Assembly (NCBI GenBank): GCA_047495785.1
Contig: JBLDXI010000054.1
Span: 434,001-498,000, forward strand
From: Lepidodermella squamata
Lineage: Eukaryota; Animalia; Gastrotricha
Length of the DNA stretch: 64,000 nucleotides
Reading direction: 5' to 3'
Shown: piece by piece, positions 24,390-35,723 of the stretch
Numbering within the stretch: position 1 is the first letter of the stretch
Layout of the letters: every line of letters begins with the position of its first letter
Notes under the pieces: model-generated
What the model was told of the DNA's origin: nothing
Database searches by the model: none
Seen by the model: the letters and a program-made list of their open reading frames with translations, nothing else
Program-made: the position numbers and the translations under genes

Positions 24390-24960
24390 CATGTTCATCG
24401 TATCGATAGTGCAAGGAAGAGACTGAAAGAAAAAGGGCGAGGGTTTATCAGTTTCAGGGTAGTTATCGAGAGCAGAGAGAAACTTGAAACAGAGAATTGC
24501 GGTTACGTTAGCTAACGGATATAGGAATTCTATAAAACACAGGGCATCCAGACGGGTAGAGGAAAGACAAGCAACAGGGAAGATGAGTTGAAGAAAAAAA
24601 GAGATGACAGAGGAGAGAAGGTGGGAGAAGGGAGCAGAGCAGAAACAGCCTAGCCTATGAAGTCGGGAAAAGGACCCCGAAGAAGTATGTTGCTTAACAG
24701 CACGAAGGGCGAGCGCGGAGGGGGCGGGCCATCAGGCGGACGCTCTCGAGGTCCTCGCGCGTCAACTTGCGGATATAGATGTCGAGTTTTTAAAAAAGCG
24801 GGTATAGGTATACGCGTCCAAGTAAACACCGCAAAATAACCGAAAAACGCCTTTGCGTGTATACGCGCACATAGCACATAGACACGCGCATGTTATATTG
24901 TTCTTTTATATTTTTGTGACTAATGGACAAATAAATTTGAATTTACAATTTAGAATTTAT
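24390..24960. mobile_element. Composite of LINE 3' fragments in both orientations
   Basis: The minus strand reads RSPFVLLSNILLRGPFPDF plus a pyrimidine UTR. The plus strand has the tail GGACAAATAAATTTGAATTT, identical to 26317-26340. Confidence 0.75.
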
Positions 24961-25261
24961 TAAACACTGAAAATATATTTTTTACAAAAGGGAAATTATT
25001 CAGAATATTCAAGCATGAATAACGCCGTGTCACAACCTGTGACTAGGGGGAATAAATCGAGCCATTTTGAGCCCACAGTTTGAAAATCAACAGGGGGCCC
25101 TGACGTTGTTCAGAAATTTTCGAACGCCAGAGGGGTTTCTTTACCCCCTTATTCGGAATACTGATGTTCCCCGAGTTTTAAAGCGAATTTAAGGATTACC
25201 TGTAGATGGTAGTCCTTTAATATTTGCTGTGTTAACTGCAGGCATACAAATTTTTTATCAC

Positions 25262-25469
25262 CATAGCGCAGCCACTTTTTACCGAGGCCGAGAAAATCTC
25301 ACAATAGAGCCCGTAATTTGAATAAGGGAACGCGAACAGATTTTTCGGCGAATATTTTTCATTTAGGAAATAAAAAATATTGGCCCAAAAAGTTTGTCCT
25401 TTTGTGCGGGCAATTCGTTTGCTCTATTGTGCGATTTTCTTTGCTACGGTAAAAAGTGGCTGCGCTATG
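25262..25469. mobile_element. MITE immediately upstream of homeobox copy 6
   Basis: 23-bp TIR CATAGCGCAGCCACTTTTTACCG / CGGTAAAAAGTGGCTGCGCTATG. Confidence 0.8.
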
Positions 25470-25488
25470 ACTAATTTTGTTTGTAATC

Positions 25489-26625
25489 ATGTCGAAGCAG
25501 ACCCAACTTGATGCCGATCAGGTCTCTTACTTGATGAAGGTAACGCCAGGGCTTCGCTTTTTTTACAGTTCTTTTAATGTTAACTACTATTTTTCTCAGT
25601 GCCTCGAGTTGCTGCGAAAACGCAAGCTTACCAAGGATATGGCTGAGTTCATAGCGACAAAGATTGGCACAACGGTTGTTAAAGTTCGAAACTGGTTCCA
25701 AACGAAAAGACGAAGAGGAGTCGAGGTGAGAACTAAGATTTGGCGTTTCAGAGATATACTAGGGAAAGAGAAAAACGAGCTTTTAATGCTGGAAGTGAAA
25801 CATGATCCGCAGCTGTTCAAAAGCAGGCAGCAGAGGCTGGCGCAACGATTCGGCTTGACGGAAAGCCAGGTTGAAGTATTCTTCCGCAAGTATCGCGCCA
25901 AACGAAGGGCTCATGTTCGCCTGAGGTTAACGCCCCAGCAAAATGAGAAATTTGAAAAGGTTACTCGGCCAGCAGGCTTCCTCGGGGTCCTCTGCCCACC
26001 TTCGGTGTGTGATCGTTCCGTGTCTCTTCCGTCTTTCTACATCTTGTACGTCTTGTCTTGTATAATCCTGGTTCCTCTTCTCCTTTCTTTTCTTTTTCTT
26101 CCTGTTGCACTCCTTCTGTTCTGATTAACCCATTACATGTAATCTTCTGCATACGATAAATATTCCTTTAGCTCGCCCACTAGCGTCCTCAGCGCACTGC
26201 CGCCGGCAAGCGCTTGTCGTCTCGCAACCGCGTGCCATCTCTGTCACTTTGTATATATTGTTCGCAAGGAAGGAATTTATTATTTTATATTGTTCTTTTA
26301 TATTTTTGTGACTGATGGACAAATAAATTTGAATTTAGAATTTAGAATTTAGAATTTAACGAAGTTGCTGAAGCTTTGGGCATCACATTTAGTCAGGCCA
26401 CACGTCTTGTCTTAAAACGACGAGCTCAAGAGGGAATATGCGGTAGAAGAGTCAGATCTGAACCCATGAAAATCTCGAATCCTCAAGAAGCAGACCTTCA
26501 GGAAGCATTCCTGTCCACAGCGGTGGTTGGCGGCAGCTTTGACGATGCCCTCTATGAAGGTTTGGCCAAGAAAACTGGATTGAAAAAGTACGTGGTCAGG
26601 AATTGGTTCTCAACCCGGCGCCAAC
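25489..26625 (+). pseudogene. Seven-homeodomain gene copy 6, disrupted and truncated by LINE sequence
   Basis: Exons 1-2 are intact. Intron 2 and the start of exon 3 are replaced by a LINE 3' end (25965-26358). The gene ends after HD4 WFSTRRQ. Confidence 0.8.
25965..26358 (+). mobile_element. LINE 3' end with (GAATTTA)n tail
   Basis: GCCAGCAGGCTTCCTCGGGGTCC as at 52710, pyrimidine UTR, then AATAAATTTGAATTTAGAATTTAGAATTTAGAATTT. Confidence 0.85.
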
Positions 26626-27520
26626 TTGACCGGCACCACGTGCGGGCCCATGACGCTCCCTGACGGCAGTTTCCTCCACCCTTCCGTGGCTCTGGCCGAT
26701 CAGCTACTCACCCACTTTATCGCCCCGATGTATCCCTGCTGTGATCCGGCCACCGATGTGGCAACGCGTCAGCGGTGGTTCGAGCTGGAACATGCGATGG
26801 CCAACGACCCGGCCTTGCATCCCGTCGGTGCGATTCGGCTTCCTGGGCCTCAGAACTTCAACGTCAGCCAGCGAATGCTAGCGCGCGAGATCGATCGACT
26901 GCAGCCTTTCAAGGCACCTGGACTCGATGTCATCAGCAATGTCTACTACAAGTGGGGCGATGTTCCCCTGCAGATACACCTCAGGCGGCGGTACAACCTC
27001 CAAGAGTGAGGTTTTCGCATTCTCCTGTCGTCCCCCCGGTGCGAGGCTCGTGCTTGGAGGCGCCGTCATCCCGCAAGTCTCTGTAATGCGAATTCTGGGC
27101 ATTCTGTTCGATGACACGTTGACCTGGAACAAGTTGACATTGTGTTTGAGGTTGTAAGTTGAAAAAAATCCGCACGCTGATTGGTCAGTTGGCTTGTATC
27201 CATGACTCCGCCTTGCTACTTGATCGTGCGATCCATAAAATGTTTGCAAAAAATACTTCTTTTATGAATGGTTTTACGCATTTGTTGGAAACGCGTGCTA
27301 CGATACGGCCTTCATAAAAATAATAAAAGCGAATATTTATATGGATCGCACGATAAAGTAGCAAGGCGGAGTCATGGATACAAGCCAACTGACCAATCAG
27401 CGTGCGGATTTTTTTCAACTTACAACCTCAAACACAATGGACAAGTTGACCTGCCCCATATCGACCACGTGCTCAATCGCTGCCTGGACAGGCGCCTTGT
27501 CGTGCTGTGCCTGCGCCTTT
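26625..27520 (+). mobile_element. Internally deleted LINE ORF2 fragments
   Basis: LQPFKAPGLD (RT domain 0) and IPQVSVMRILGILFDDTLTW (RT thumb). Confidence 0.8.
27138..27439. mobile_element. MITE with ~100-bp TIRs inserted in the LINE fragment (~9-10-bp TSD ACAAGTTGA)
   Basis: CATTGTGTTTGAGGTTGTAAGTTG... / ...CAACTTACAACCTCAAACACAATG. Confidence 0.85.
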
Positions 27521-27699
27521 TTTCTTCCCTTCCAAACTGCATATTTTCGTTATGCATCATTCATCTGGAAGAAGGGACAAAATAAAAAGCTTTTCGTTTC
27601 CTTATTTCGGTGATGATGAATTAACAGGGATTTTCAGTTGTTTTACGTTTTACCTGGAGTGCATCTCTTATCTTTTAGAATTTAATTATATTTGGCAAC

Positions 27700-29691
27700 A
27701 TGTCTCAAACCTTTCTTGAAACCGGTCAGATCTGTTACTTGATGAAGGTATCGACCGGAACAGTTCTTTATATTGATAACAACTATTTTCCAACCTTTTC
27801 TCAGTGCTTCGAGGTGATGCGAAATCGTAATCTTACTAAGCAGATCGCTGAGTGTATTGCGGAAAAGATCGGCACATCGATTACTAAAGTTCGAAATTGG
27901 TTTCATACCAGAAGGAAGAAAAGAGTTGATGATAGGGCCCAGGTGATCTGGCGTTACAGAACTATTCTAGGGAAAGAAAACTACGATTTGTTGCTGCTGG
28001 AAGTGAAACGTGATCCTAAACTCTCCGAGGGAAGACTGCAGATGCTGGCACAGCGATTCGGCCTGACGGAGGGCCAGGTACAGAGATTCTTCTGCAAGCA
28101 TCGCAGCCAACGAAATACATATCTTCGTGCGTTGACATCCCAGCAAAATGAGAAATTCGAGAAGGTGAAACTGAGACGCAATATTTGCCTAATCTTGTTA
28201 TTGAATTTTACAGGAATTCGAACAGAATCCCGGCACTTCGCAGCAGAGATCCCGCGAGATTGCTGAAGCTCTTGGCATAACATTTAGTCAGGCTAAACGT
28301 CTTGTCGCTAAACGGCGAGCGCAAGAGGGAATCCGCGGTAGAACAGTGAAAGAGAATAGATTCACGAATTCTCAACTGGCTGAACTAGAAGAAGCATTCC
28401 AGTCAACGGCGGTGATGGGCAATAGATTTGACCTTGCTCTTTATGGAGGTGTGGCCAAGAAAACTGGCTTGAAAGGAACCGAGGTCAGGCAATGGTTCCA
28501 TATCCGGCGCAAATCTGCTGGCATCGGAAGGAAAAATATCGCTCAAGGTAGTATCCGCGCTCTGAATGCTGTGAGTTCAACCGTTGGTCAAACGTTGCTA
28601 TGATTAAAATATGTTTTGCCTTAGGAATTCACCTTATCTAGTCGAATGGAAGGCCGCAGAGCGCAGGCCATCGCGGAAACGTTGGGATTAACTTCCAGAC
28701 AAGTTATATGCTTTTTCAGAACCAAGCGGAAACAATTACCGTACTGCCCGGAACAAAAACCATGACATTTATTTTTTTCAAACATTGATGAACCCCTGAC
28801 ATTTAAAAGGGACTGACATTTATTTCGGGCCTGACATTTATTTATCCGAACCAACCAGTAATTGACTAGATAACCAAAATGGCATACATTTCCCTGAGAT
28901 TCTACATATTTTGACCCAAAATTTGGTCCCTGACCTTTCTAAGTGCCAATGGTAGAAATTATATCAAATCAAAAAGGCTAAAACTACCTTATTAGTGATC
29001 TTCAGTATTGTCCCCGCCACTGACCTGACATTTATTTCGGGCCTGACATTTATTTTTACGAACGACCTCTAACCTCTGACAATTATTTGAGGCTGCCATT
29101 TATTCGAGGCTGGCATTATTTTCGGGCAGTACGGTAAGAACGAAAAATGAGCGATGTCTTCCTCGCAGACTCAAACATGAGCAACAAAATGCCCTAACTA
29201 AGTTGTGATGAGGCTGTTTTAACATCCATGAATTTGTTTTATTGCGATCAGGAATTCAATGAGAATCCAGAATTGAATGAAACTGAATTTACTTGCCTAG
29301 CTGAACGACTGGAAGTCCCTTTCGATGTTGCGAAACGTTTCTTTCAAAAACTGAGAGCTGAAGCCAGAGGACGACTCAAAACCGTACTGACAAGGGAACA
29401 GCGGCGGTTTCTAGAAAAAGTGATTGACTCGAAAAACTTCAGAGGATTGCTTTGTTATATCGTTGTGATTCAATTGATTCAGGAGTATGAAATGTCCAGA
29501 TTCGTAACACGTGAGCAAGCTGAACGCCTAGGACTTTCAATGGGATATCCGCCCGAGAAGGCAATAAAGCTTATACTTTCTTTCTGACGTTCCTTTTTAA
29601 TATTTCGTCCCCTTTTCAGGTGCAGAGATGGTTCAGGTGGAGAAGGGTAAATGAAAAAAGGGATCTGAAAAAAGAAGTGGTCATTTCATGA
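27700..29691 (+). pseudogene. Seven-homeodomain gene copy 7, exon 4 interrupted by a MITE
   Basis: All 7 exons are recognisable. MITE at 28739-29134. The exon 4 donor reads AAG|TTGTGA versus AAG|GTGTGA in paralogs. GC donor retained. Confidence 0.8.
28739..29134. mobile_element. Tc1/mariner/pogo-type MITE (TA TSD)
   Basis: TA|CCGTACTGCCCG...CGGGCAGTACGG|TA with internal TGACATTTATTT repeats. Removal restores KRKQLRT. Confidence 0.85.
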
Positions 29692-30029
29692 ACAACTTGG
29701 TATCTTTGGTTAGATTTCCCATCTCACGAATGATTACTCTGACTTGCTCTGATTTTGGGATTGTCTTAGCCCCACAAGCCATCAGTGCTGAAGAGCTCAG
29801 CTAAGAGCCGTTCGTTTTCAGTGGAGCAAAATGTCCGGTTTTATGATATGCATTGATATAAATATACTTACTTGAAAGTACCATGAAATAGAAATTACCT
29901 TAACCCTGTCATTTGAAGCCGAATAATTTCGTGAGCGTAATCTTTCGTAGTACATGTATGATGAATTCGATTGAAGTTACGGACCTGTAATATTGCTTAT
30001 CAAAGGTAACTACACATTCATTTTTGTCA

Positions 30030-30235
30030 GGAATTGTCAGGAATCTCCTAATTCGTAACTCGCGAGCAAGCTTAACGCCTAGCAATTTCAACCGGATATC
30101 CGACCAAGATAAGCTTACACTGTGCTTTTTCTCAAAATACTGTTTGAATCATTGTTGAGATTCAGAGGTTGGAAACGATATTCGAAAAAAATAAACAGAA
30201 GAAAGAAGCCGGTTTCTGCACATCTCATCTCACGT
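30030..30235 (+). pseudogene. Relic of the HD7 exons (3' end of a further copy)
   Basis: Degenerate match to 19484-19710. The block 19480-20450 is duplicated at ~30030-30940. Confidence 0.7.
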
Positions 30236-30411
30236 CGAATGATCAGCGAGAATTTGGATTTTGGATTTTTAATTTAGCGATTCTCTCGACCCTGTCTGAT
30301 ATGACATCAGCAAATTGCTTGATATGAAATAACTCTTCAAGAAATTTTTATTTTATTGTTGAAACTAATTTCCCTTCGTAGATATTCACAGGCTGCTTTT
30401 ACTTGAGCTTC

Positions 30412-32485
30412 ATGTTGGACCCAACAGAGAAACGTTCAGACAATCAACTGTCTTATTTACTAAAGGTAACAACGAACCAATTGCTCAATGGCATTTAGGT
30501 AGTGATACTTATTTGTTCCAACAAGAGCTTCGAAGTTATGCGTGGTCGCATTCTCACTAGCGGTATTGCAAATCGCATAGCGAAAAAGATTGGTACGTCG
30601 GTTGTTCAAGTTCGAAACTGGTTTTACAACAAACGGAGAGCTGAAAAGCATCGCAGATCAACTCGGCAAGAATGGATAAGACCGTGGCAAAAACTTAAAA
30701 TCATCGAGGTAATTGAATATCATTCGCATTCATTTTCTTAAATTAGTCTGTAGGAGGTCGATAAGCACTACGTACTTCCTCAGCATGTGATAACTGAGCT
30801 AATGGCCGAAACTGGACTGCATGCGATTCAAGTAAAAGGAGTTTACAAGAAATACCGCAGCTCAATGATGGCGAAGAACGGTTATCAAGCGCCTTGGAAT
30901 AGGGTATTATAGCCACTATATTAGGTTCATCAATTAACTTTCCAACTTAGCTTCACGTTCCCAAAGTCGTCAAGGCTAAGGCTAAGCAGAAAGAAACGAA
31001 TGAAAAAAACGAGTCGTCGATGTTGGAAGTGAAACAGAATCCCAAGTTGGTCAAAGCAAGAAAAAAAGTTCATGTGAAATCTAAGAGGATTGGGCGATTG
31101 GAAGATATTCTCGGGGAAGACGAAATCAAATTTTTGATTTTAGAAGTGACACGTAATCCCAAGTTGTTCAAGCAGAGAAAGCAGGTGCTGGCTAAAAAAT
31201 TTGGCCTTACTAAGCGCCAAGTTGAAATATTCTTCAATAAGCATCGCATTAAACAAAAGACACATGATCGGGCCAGGCTGAAAAAGCAGCAGATGGACAT
31301 TTTTGAGAAGGTAAGCCGTGAGGCGATACTAAAATAATATTTTGTTTTGTTTTCATCAGGAATTCAAACAGAATCCCGGCACTTCGCAGCAAAGATTGCA
31401 CGAAATTGCTACAATCGTGGGCGTAACATTATATCAAGCCGCTTATCTTGTCCGTCGAAGACGAAACCAACTAGGAATCCGCAGGCGAACCGTAATATCT
31501 GAACCCAGTAGATTCTCGAATTCACAGTTGGCAGAACTGCAGGAAGCATTTCAGACAACAGTTACGAGGGGCGATAAGTTCGACGTTTCTCTCTATCGAA
31601 GTTTGGCCAAGAAAACTGGATTGAAATGGGAAGTAATTAGGAATTGGTTCTATAACCAGCGAAAATCTGCTGGACTTGAAGTCAAACCAATCAAGAAAAG
31701 AGAAACTCTCGGTCCAAGTAGTATCTGCGCTCTGGAAGCTGTGAGGTCTTCATCATATCGCTGACAATTTTTAATGTTGTGTCATAGGAATTCGGTGAAT
31801 CCAGCGGCATGAGCGATGTCAGACTTCAAGCATTAGCGGAAAAGTTGGGATTAACTATCTCCCAGTTCACTACTTCTTCGCAAGAAAACGGAAACAATTG
31901 GGTATAGCGAAAATTAACAAGGCGAGTCTTTTGTCACTCAAATTTGATCAACGGCAAGCTTTGATGAAGGTGCGCTCAGGCTTTGAAGGTGCTCAAATTT
32001 TTGAAGGTTAAACATGGTTTAATAGGAATTCGATAAGAATCCAGATGTAGATGAAGCAGATATGGCTCGCATAGCTGAGAGTCTGGAAATTCCGTTTGCT
32101 CTTGTTGAACGCTTTTTCGAATATCATCGCAGTAAAAAAAGAGGCCCCGCCACAAAGCGAGCAAAGAATTTCCAATACTTCAGTTGGGACCAGCGTATTC
32201 TTTTAGAAAAGGTTATTAAGCTAATAATTCAAAAACATTAATTAATTCATGGTTTTCGAATTCACTCAGGAGTTTCGAATTTCTGAATTTGTGTCTCACG
32301 AACAGGCTAAAGAGCTCGCAGCAACTTTCCGATGTTCCGCTCAGAAGGTATGGAGTAGGCCTTATACATAAATTTTCCAGGTTTTATGAAAGTTGTTCGT
32401 TATCTGTTAGGTGAAACAGTGGTTCAACACACAGCGATTTCTTGGAAGGAAGAAAGAATCGAAACATGAAATTGCATCATCATGA
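30412..32485 (+). pseudogene. Chimeric B-type/7-HD gene (8 HDs plus a partial HD2 duplication), 1-nt frameshift in HD5
   Basis: B-type exons splice (AGG|GTATTA...TTAG|CTT) in frame into ORF 31020 (HD2 onward). CAG-TTCACTAC at ~31865 lacks the G of the paralog CAGGTT. The last intron uses GT. Confidence 0.7.
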
Positions 32486-32559
32486 GGAAACAGTTTCTGT
32501 GGATTTTCTTGCAGTTCAATCCCTGTAAATTATCATTTCTCTTCCAGTTACTGCAGAAA

Positions 32560-32765
32560 ATTCGCAGCGGTACGTCCGGAGCGGACCGGTGAGCACGGAA
32601 CGCGTACTGGTTGTCAGGCAGCAGGCTGAGATCCTCCAGGAACCCACCCAACCAGCGCGCGATGATCGATTCGAGTAGCTTGCCGTCAACTGGGAGCAGC
32701 GAGATCGGCCGCTGAGATGAGACGGCGCCATGCGGTTTACCGGCTTTAGGCACAGGGATGACGGC
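32560..32765 (-). mobile_element. Internal LINE RT fragment
   Basis: PKAGKPHGAVSSQRPISLLPVDGKLLE...NQYAFR. Confidence 0.85.
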
Positions 32766-32945
32766 AGCCTCCTTCCATCCCGGCAGAACGCATCGGGAGC
32801 CGAGGCTGAGGTTAACCCTTTCATGGCCGAATTATTCATCTGCGGTGGAAAAAATATTTGATAGCATTTCTAGGGGTTTTCGCAGGCCCTGATCACGATT
32901 TTGAAACCCGTCTGTCTCTATCTATCACCGCTAAGGCCGTGCAAA

Positions 32946-33244
32946 AAGTGGTCGAAATCGCCCTATCGGCCCAGCTGATTTCAGCACATTTTTCAAACAC
33001 CCTAGTTTCAGCATTAGATGCTGTCAACATTGAATTGTCATGTTCTAAGCCTCTCCCTTAACGGTCCCTGAAATTCTTCCTTCATTATTCTGAGAAAAGA
33101 AATCAGTTAAACCCAGTTTTCAAATTCAGCATTTTGATCAGTATTCAGCCAAGTCAGCTTTTTCACACGCGGCCGTTTTGAAGCATAAAAAACCCGCATC
33201 TCGCCTGTATATCGTCTGGGCCGATAGGACGATTTCGACCACTT
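32946..33244. mobile_element. Inverted-repeat element (MITE-like)
   Basis: AAGTGGTCGAAATCGCCCTATCGGCCCA / TGGGCCGATAGGACGATTTCGACCACTT. Confidence 0.6.
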
Positions 33245-34031
33245 AACTAAAATCAAGGCAGCGCTGTTAGTTTTTGTCGAAATCAAATAAAAATTTACAC
33301 ACAGGTCAATGAGACTATGCTGAACATTGTAGTATTTTTTGTATGACCGGATAATGAGATGGAGTTACCTTGATTTTAATTTGAAAAAAATCGAAATTTC
33401 ATACCTCGGTTATCAATTTTAAAATGGTCATATTTTCAAAACGGTGTGAGATAGCGGTCGGATTGTTTCAAATTCTTGTAGCCAACATCAAAAAGTAGTA
33501 TTGCTTGAAGGGGCGATCAAAAATAAATCAAAATAAAATTTTGGTGTACTGTCAAAGTCAAAATTCCGAAATCGTCCTTATGGCCATACGGCCATACGGA
33601 CCCATAATATAACTAATAAATCATGGAAATTTTTAAATCGCAAGGCTTTAACGATATTACTACGATCATTATAGGTCGGTTATGGATGGTTGAAAGCGAC
33701 TGAACGCTGGACTGTACTGAGCCGTCGGACTTTGGCCGCTAGTATTAATTCAATTGTTGACAAATTGACCGATTGACGAAGCGACTCATCGACGGGGCAA
33801 TAAAAAAAACGAATGATAAACAGCAATGCACATACAAACATAAATCCCATAATTAGCAATGCTAACACGCCTAGTAGCAGCTGGTATTCGAAATTTCCAT
33901 CTCAGGATTATCTCCGCCCAATAAAGTTAGTCTGCTAGTTAATACCCAAGTCGTTAACTGCAAATCTTGGCAGCGAAAATAATAATTGCAGTGGCTTCGT
34001 TAACTAATCATTCGATTCTTTCCAAGTTGAA

Positions 34032-34379
34032 ATGTTGGCCAGGCTTCTTCTACTTGCTGCCGTTGCTGTTACCGTTAGCGTGTGCTGGGGACCAGATGAA
34101 TTCTACGCGTTATTTACAAAGCCAGGCAAAGATCTCAACACTGCAAATGACTCAGTTCGAGCCGAATACGCAAGGACGTCAAAAAGGTATTGCCCCGAAG
34201 GTAATTACTGCAATGCTGCGCTGCCCACCGGGCCGTACAGCGACTGTGATTGCAAGTCCGAGTACAAGAACAACATGACTTGGTGCCCGACTAATCGATA
34301 TTGCCATCACATATACCATCTAAGTGTGGAACAATGCAAGTGTCGCTACCGCGATCCTTTTGCTTGGCCAGATTCATAA
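34032..34379 (+). CDS. Secreted cysteine-rich peptide precursor (115 aa, 8 Cys in the mature region)
   Basis: Signal peptide MLARLLLLAAVAVTVSVC, propeptide ending in KR, and a conserved paralog at 36637. Confidence 0.8.
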   Translation: MLARLLLLAAVAVTVSVCWGPDEFYALFTKPGKDLNTANDSVRAEYARTSKRYCPEGNYCNAALPTGPYSDCDCKSEYKNNMTWCPTNRYCHHIYHLSVEQCKCRYRDPFAWPDS

Positions 34380-34601
34380 CTCCAACGTAAAAAACTATTT
34401 CACACAGAAAGCCAGAGCATCAACGTGTTTTATTCGGACACTATGCTATCACCCAAAATTTCTCAGAATGGTACGCTTTTTCATCGCTGAAAAAAAGAAG
34501 AAAGGATACATTTTTACGTAATACTGAAGAGCTTATTTCTAGAATTTTCCTTTGATGTCAGTACATATTAAATAAAATTTGCTTCCACCTTTGTTCAGCT
34601 T

Positions 34602-35723
34602 TCATTTGTAATTGATGAGGACGATGAGCGTTATCGTAAACAGTATAACAATAACGCCAAGAGATCCGAAAAAGGCGACATCCAACAAGCGGCATTTACG
34701 AATTTTCAGTCCACGAAACCTGATAGACTTGACTTTGAAAGTATCACAAGAATCGCACATCGCGCAAGTTACAGCAGAGTAGAAAGTTATGAGCATCGAC
34801 GATAAAATCTGCCCGAAAATAAGATCAGACAACAAAATATTTGCAGGCGTTTTCGGCACATTTTGTAGAATTTGAGTTTGCGCAACTGTGAAGGCCAAGA
34901 GGACTGTCATCGCAAAACTAGCTCGATCAGGTGAATCGGGCGGTAGAAATGCCCCAGCGAATTGCACGAAGGTCAGGACAAAACAGGGTGCTACAACGTT
35001 GAGGACAAAATAGTCCGGTTCTCGAATCAACTCGAAAAAGAACCGAATTTCGTAGTAATTCGCCTTCCCGAATGGTAGCAACTGAAAAGTCTCCCACCTT
35101 CGGCCAAGCTTCCATCCAACGTTCTTTGAAGTAAAGAGGCCGTTAGCAGATCCAATGAGGCTATACATGCTTCGAATTGAAACCGTAGCATTCGATAGCA
35201 GCATTTGAAACTGAATACTACAGGTTTGCTTGTCGACTGGGAATTTTTCGAAATTCATGTCGCAATAGATGTTGAAAATACCGGCGAAATTTATGCTGTA
35301 TAAGCCATCAAATGGGAAGGCGGTAATTGCGCTAGTGATAGTTTGACTCATACCGAAGTCGTTGCAGCTGTTTGAATTAACGATGCCCGGTTTCCAGTAG
35401 TTTTCTGTAGTAGTCATTGCCCAGTGGGGTGGGATAACTCGGGTTGCATTGTACTTCAATGCGGCGTTTTTGATACATTCCACCTCAGCACTCACTACCA
35501 GGGTACCGCTTAGAGAAATTGTCTCATCAAGATCGTTCACCTGAGCGAGTCTGAAGAATATAAAACCGATGTCTATTGGGTCAAGTGTGGCCTTTTGCAA
35601 GAACTCGTTGGGATGAGTAGCTCCTGGTATAACGTTGCATTCTGTTAGGATGATATTTTTGATGTCGCCATCTTGGGCGAAGGCTGGAACAAACACCAGC
35701 AGCTGGATATAAAATAAAATCAT
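34602..35723 (-). CDS. Cys-loop ligand-gated ion channel subunit, intronless subfamily A1
   Basis: Signal peptide, WKPGI, Cys loop CDMNFEKFPVDKQTC, and four TM helices (YFVLNVVAP, LPPDSPDRASF). Confidence 0.92.
   Translation of the reverse strand: MILFYIQLLVFVPAFAQDGDIKNIILTECNVIPGATHPNEFLQKATLDPIDIGFIFFRLAQVNDLDETISLSGTLVVSAEVECIKNAALKYNATRVIPPHWAMTTTENYWKPGIVNSNSCNDFGMSQTITSAITAFPFDGLYSINFAGIFNIYCDMNFEKFPVDKQTCSIQFQMLLSNATVSIRSMYSLIGSANGLFTSKNVGWKLGRRWETFQLLPFGKANYYEIRFFFELIREPDYFVLNVVAPCFVLTFVQFAGAFLPPDSPDRASFAMTVLLAFTVAQTQILQNVPKTPANILLSDLIFGQILSSMLITFYSAVTCAMCDSCDTFKVKSIRFRGLKIRKCRLLDVAFFGSLGVIVILFTITLIVLINYK

Noticed and set aside
3745-32485. Hox/ParaHox/NK cluster
   Set aside because: The copies are recent paralogs of one multi-HD gene. 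They lack WFQNRR, the hexapeptide and class-diagnostic residues.
33680-33868. Small single-pass membrane protein
   Set aside because: No ATG before an upstream stop, and no paralog or clear splice support.
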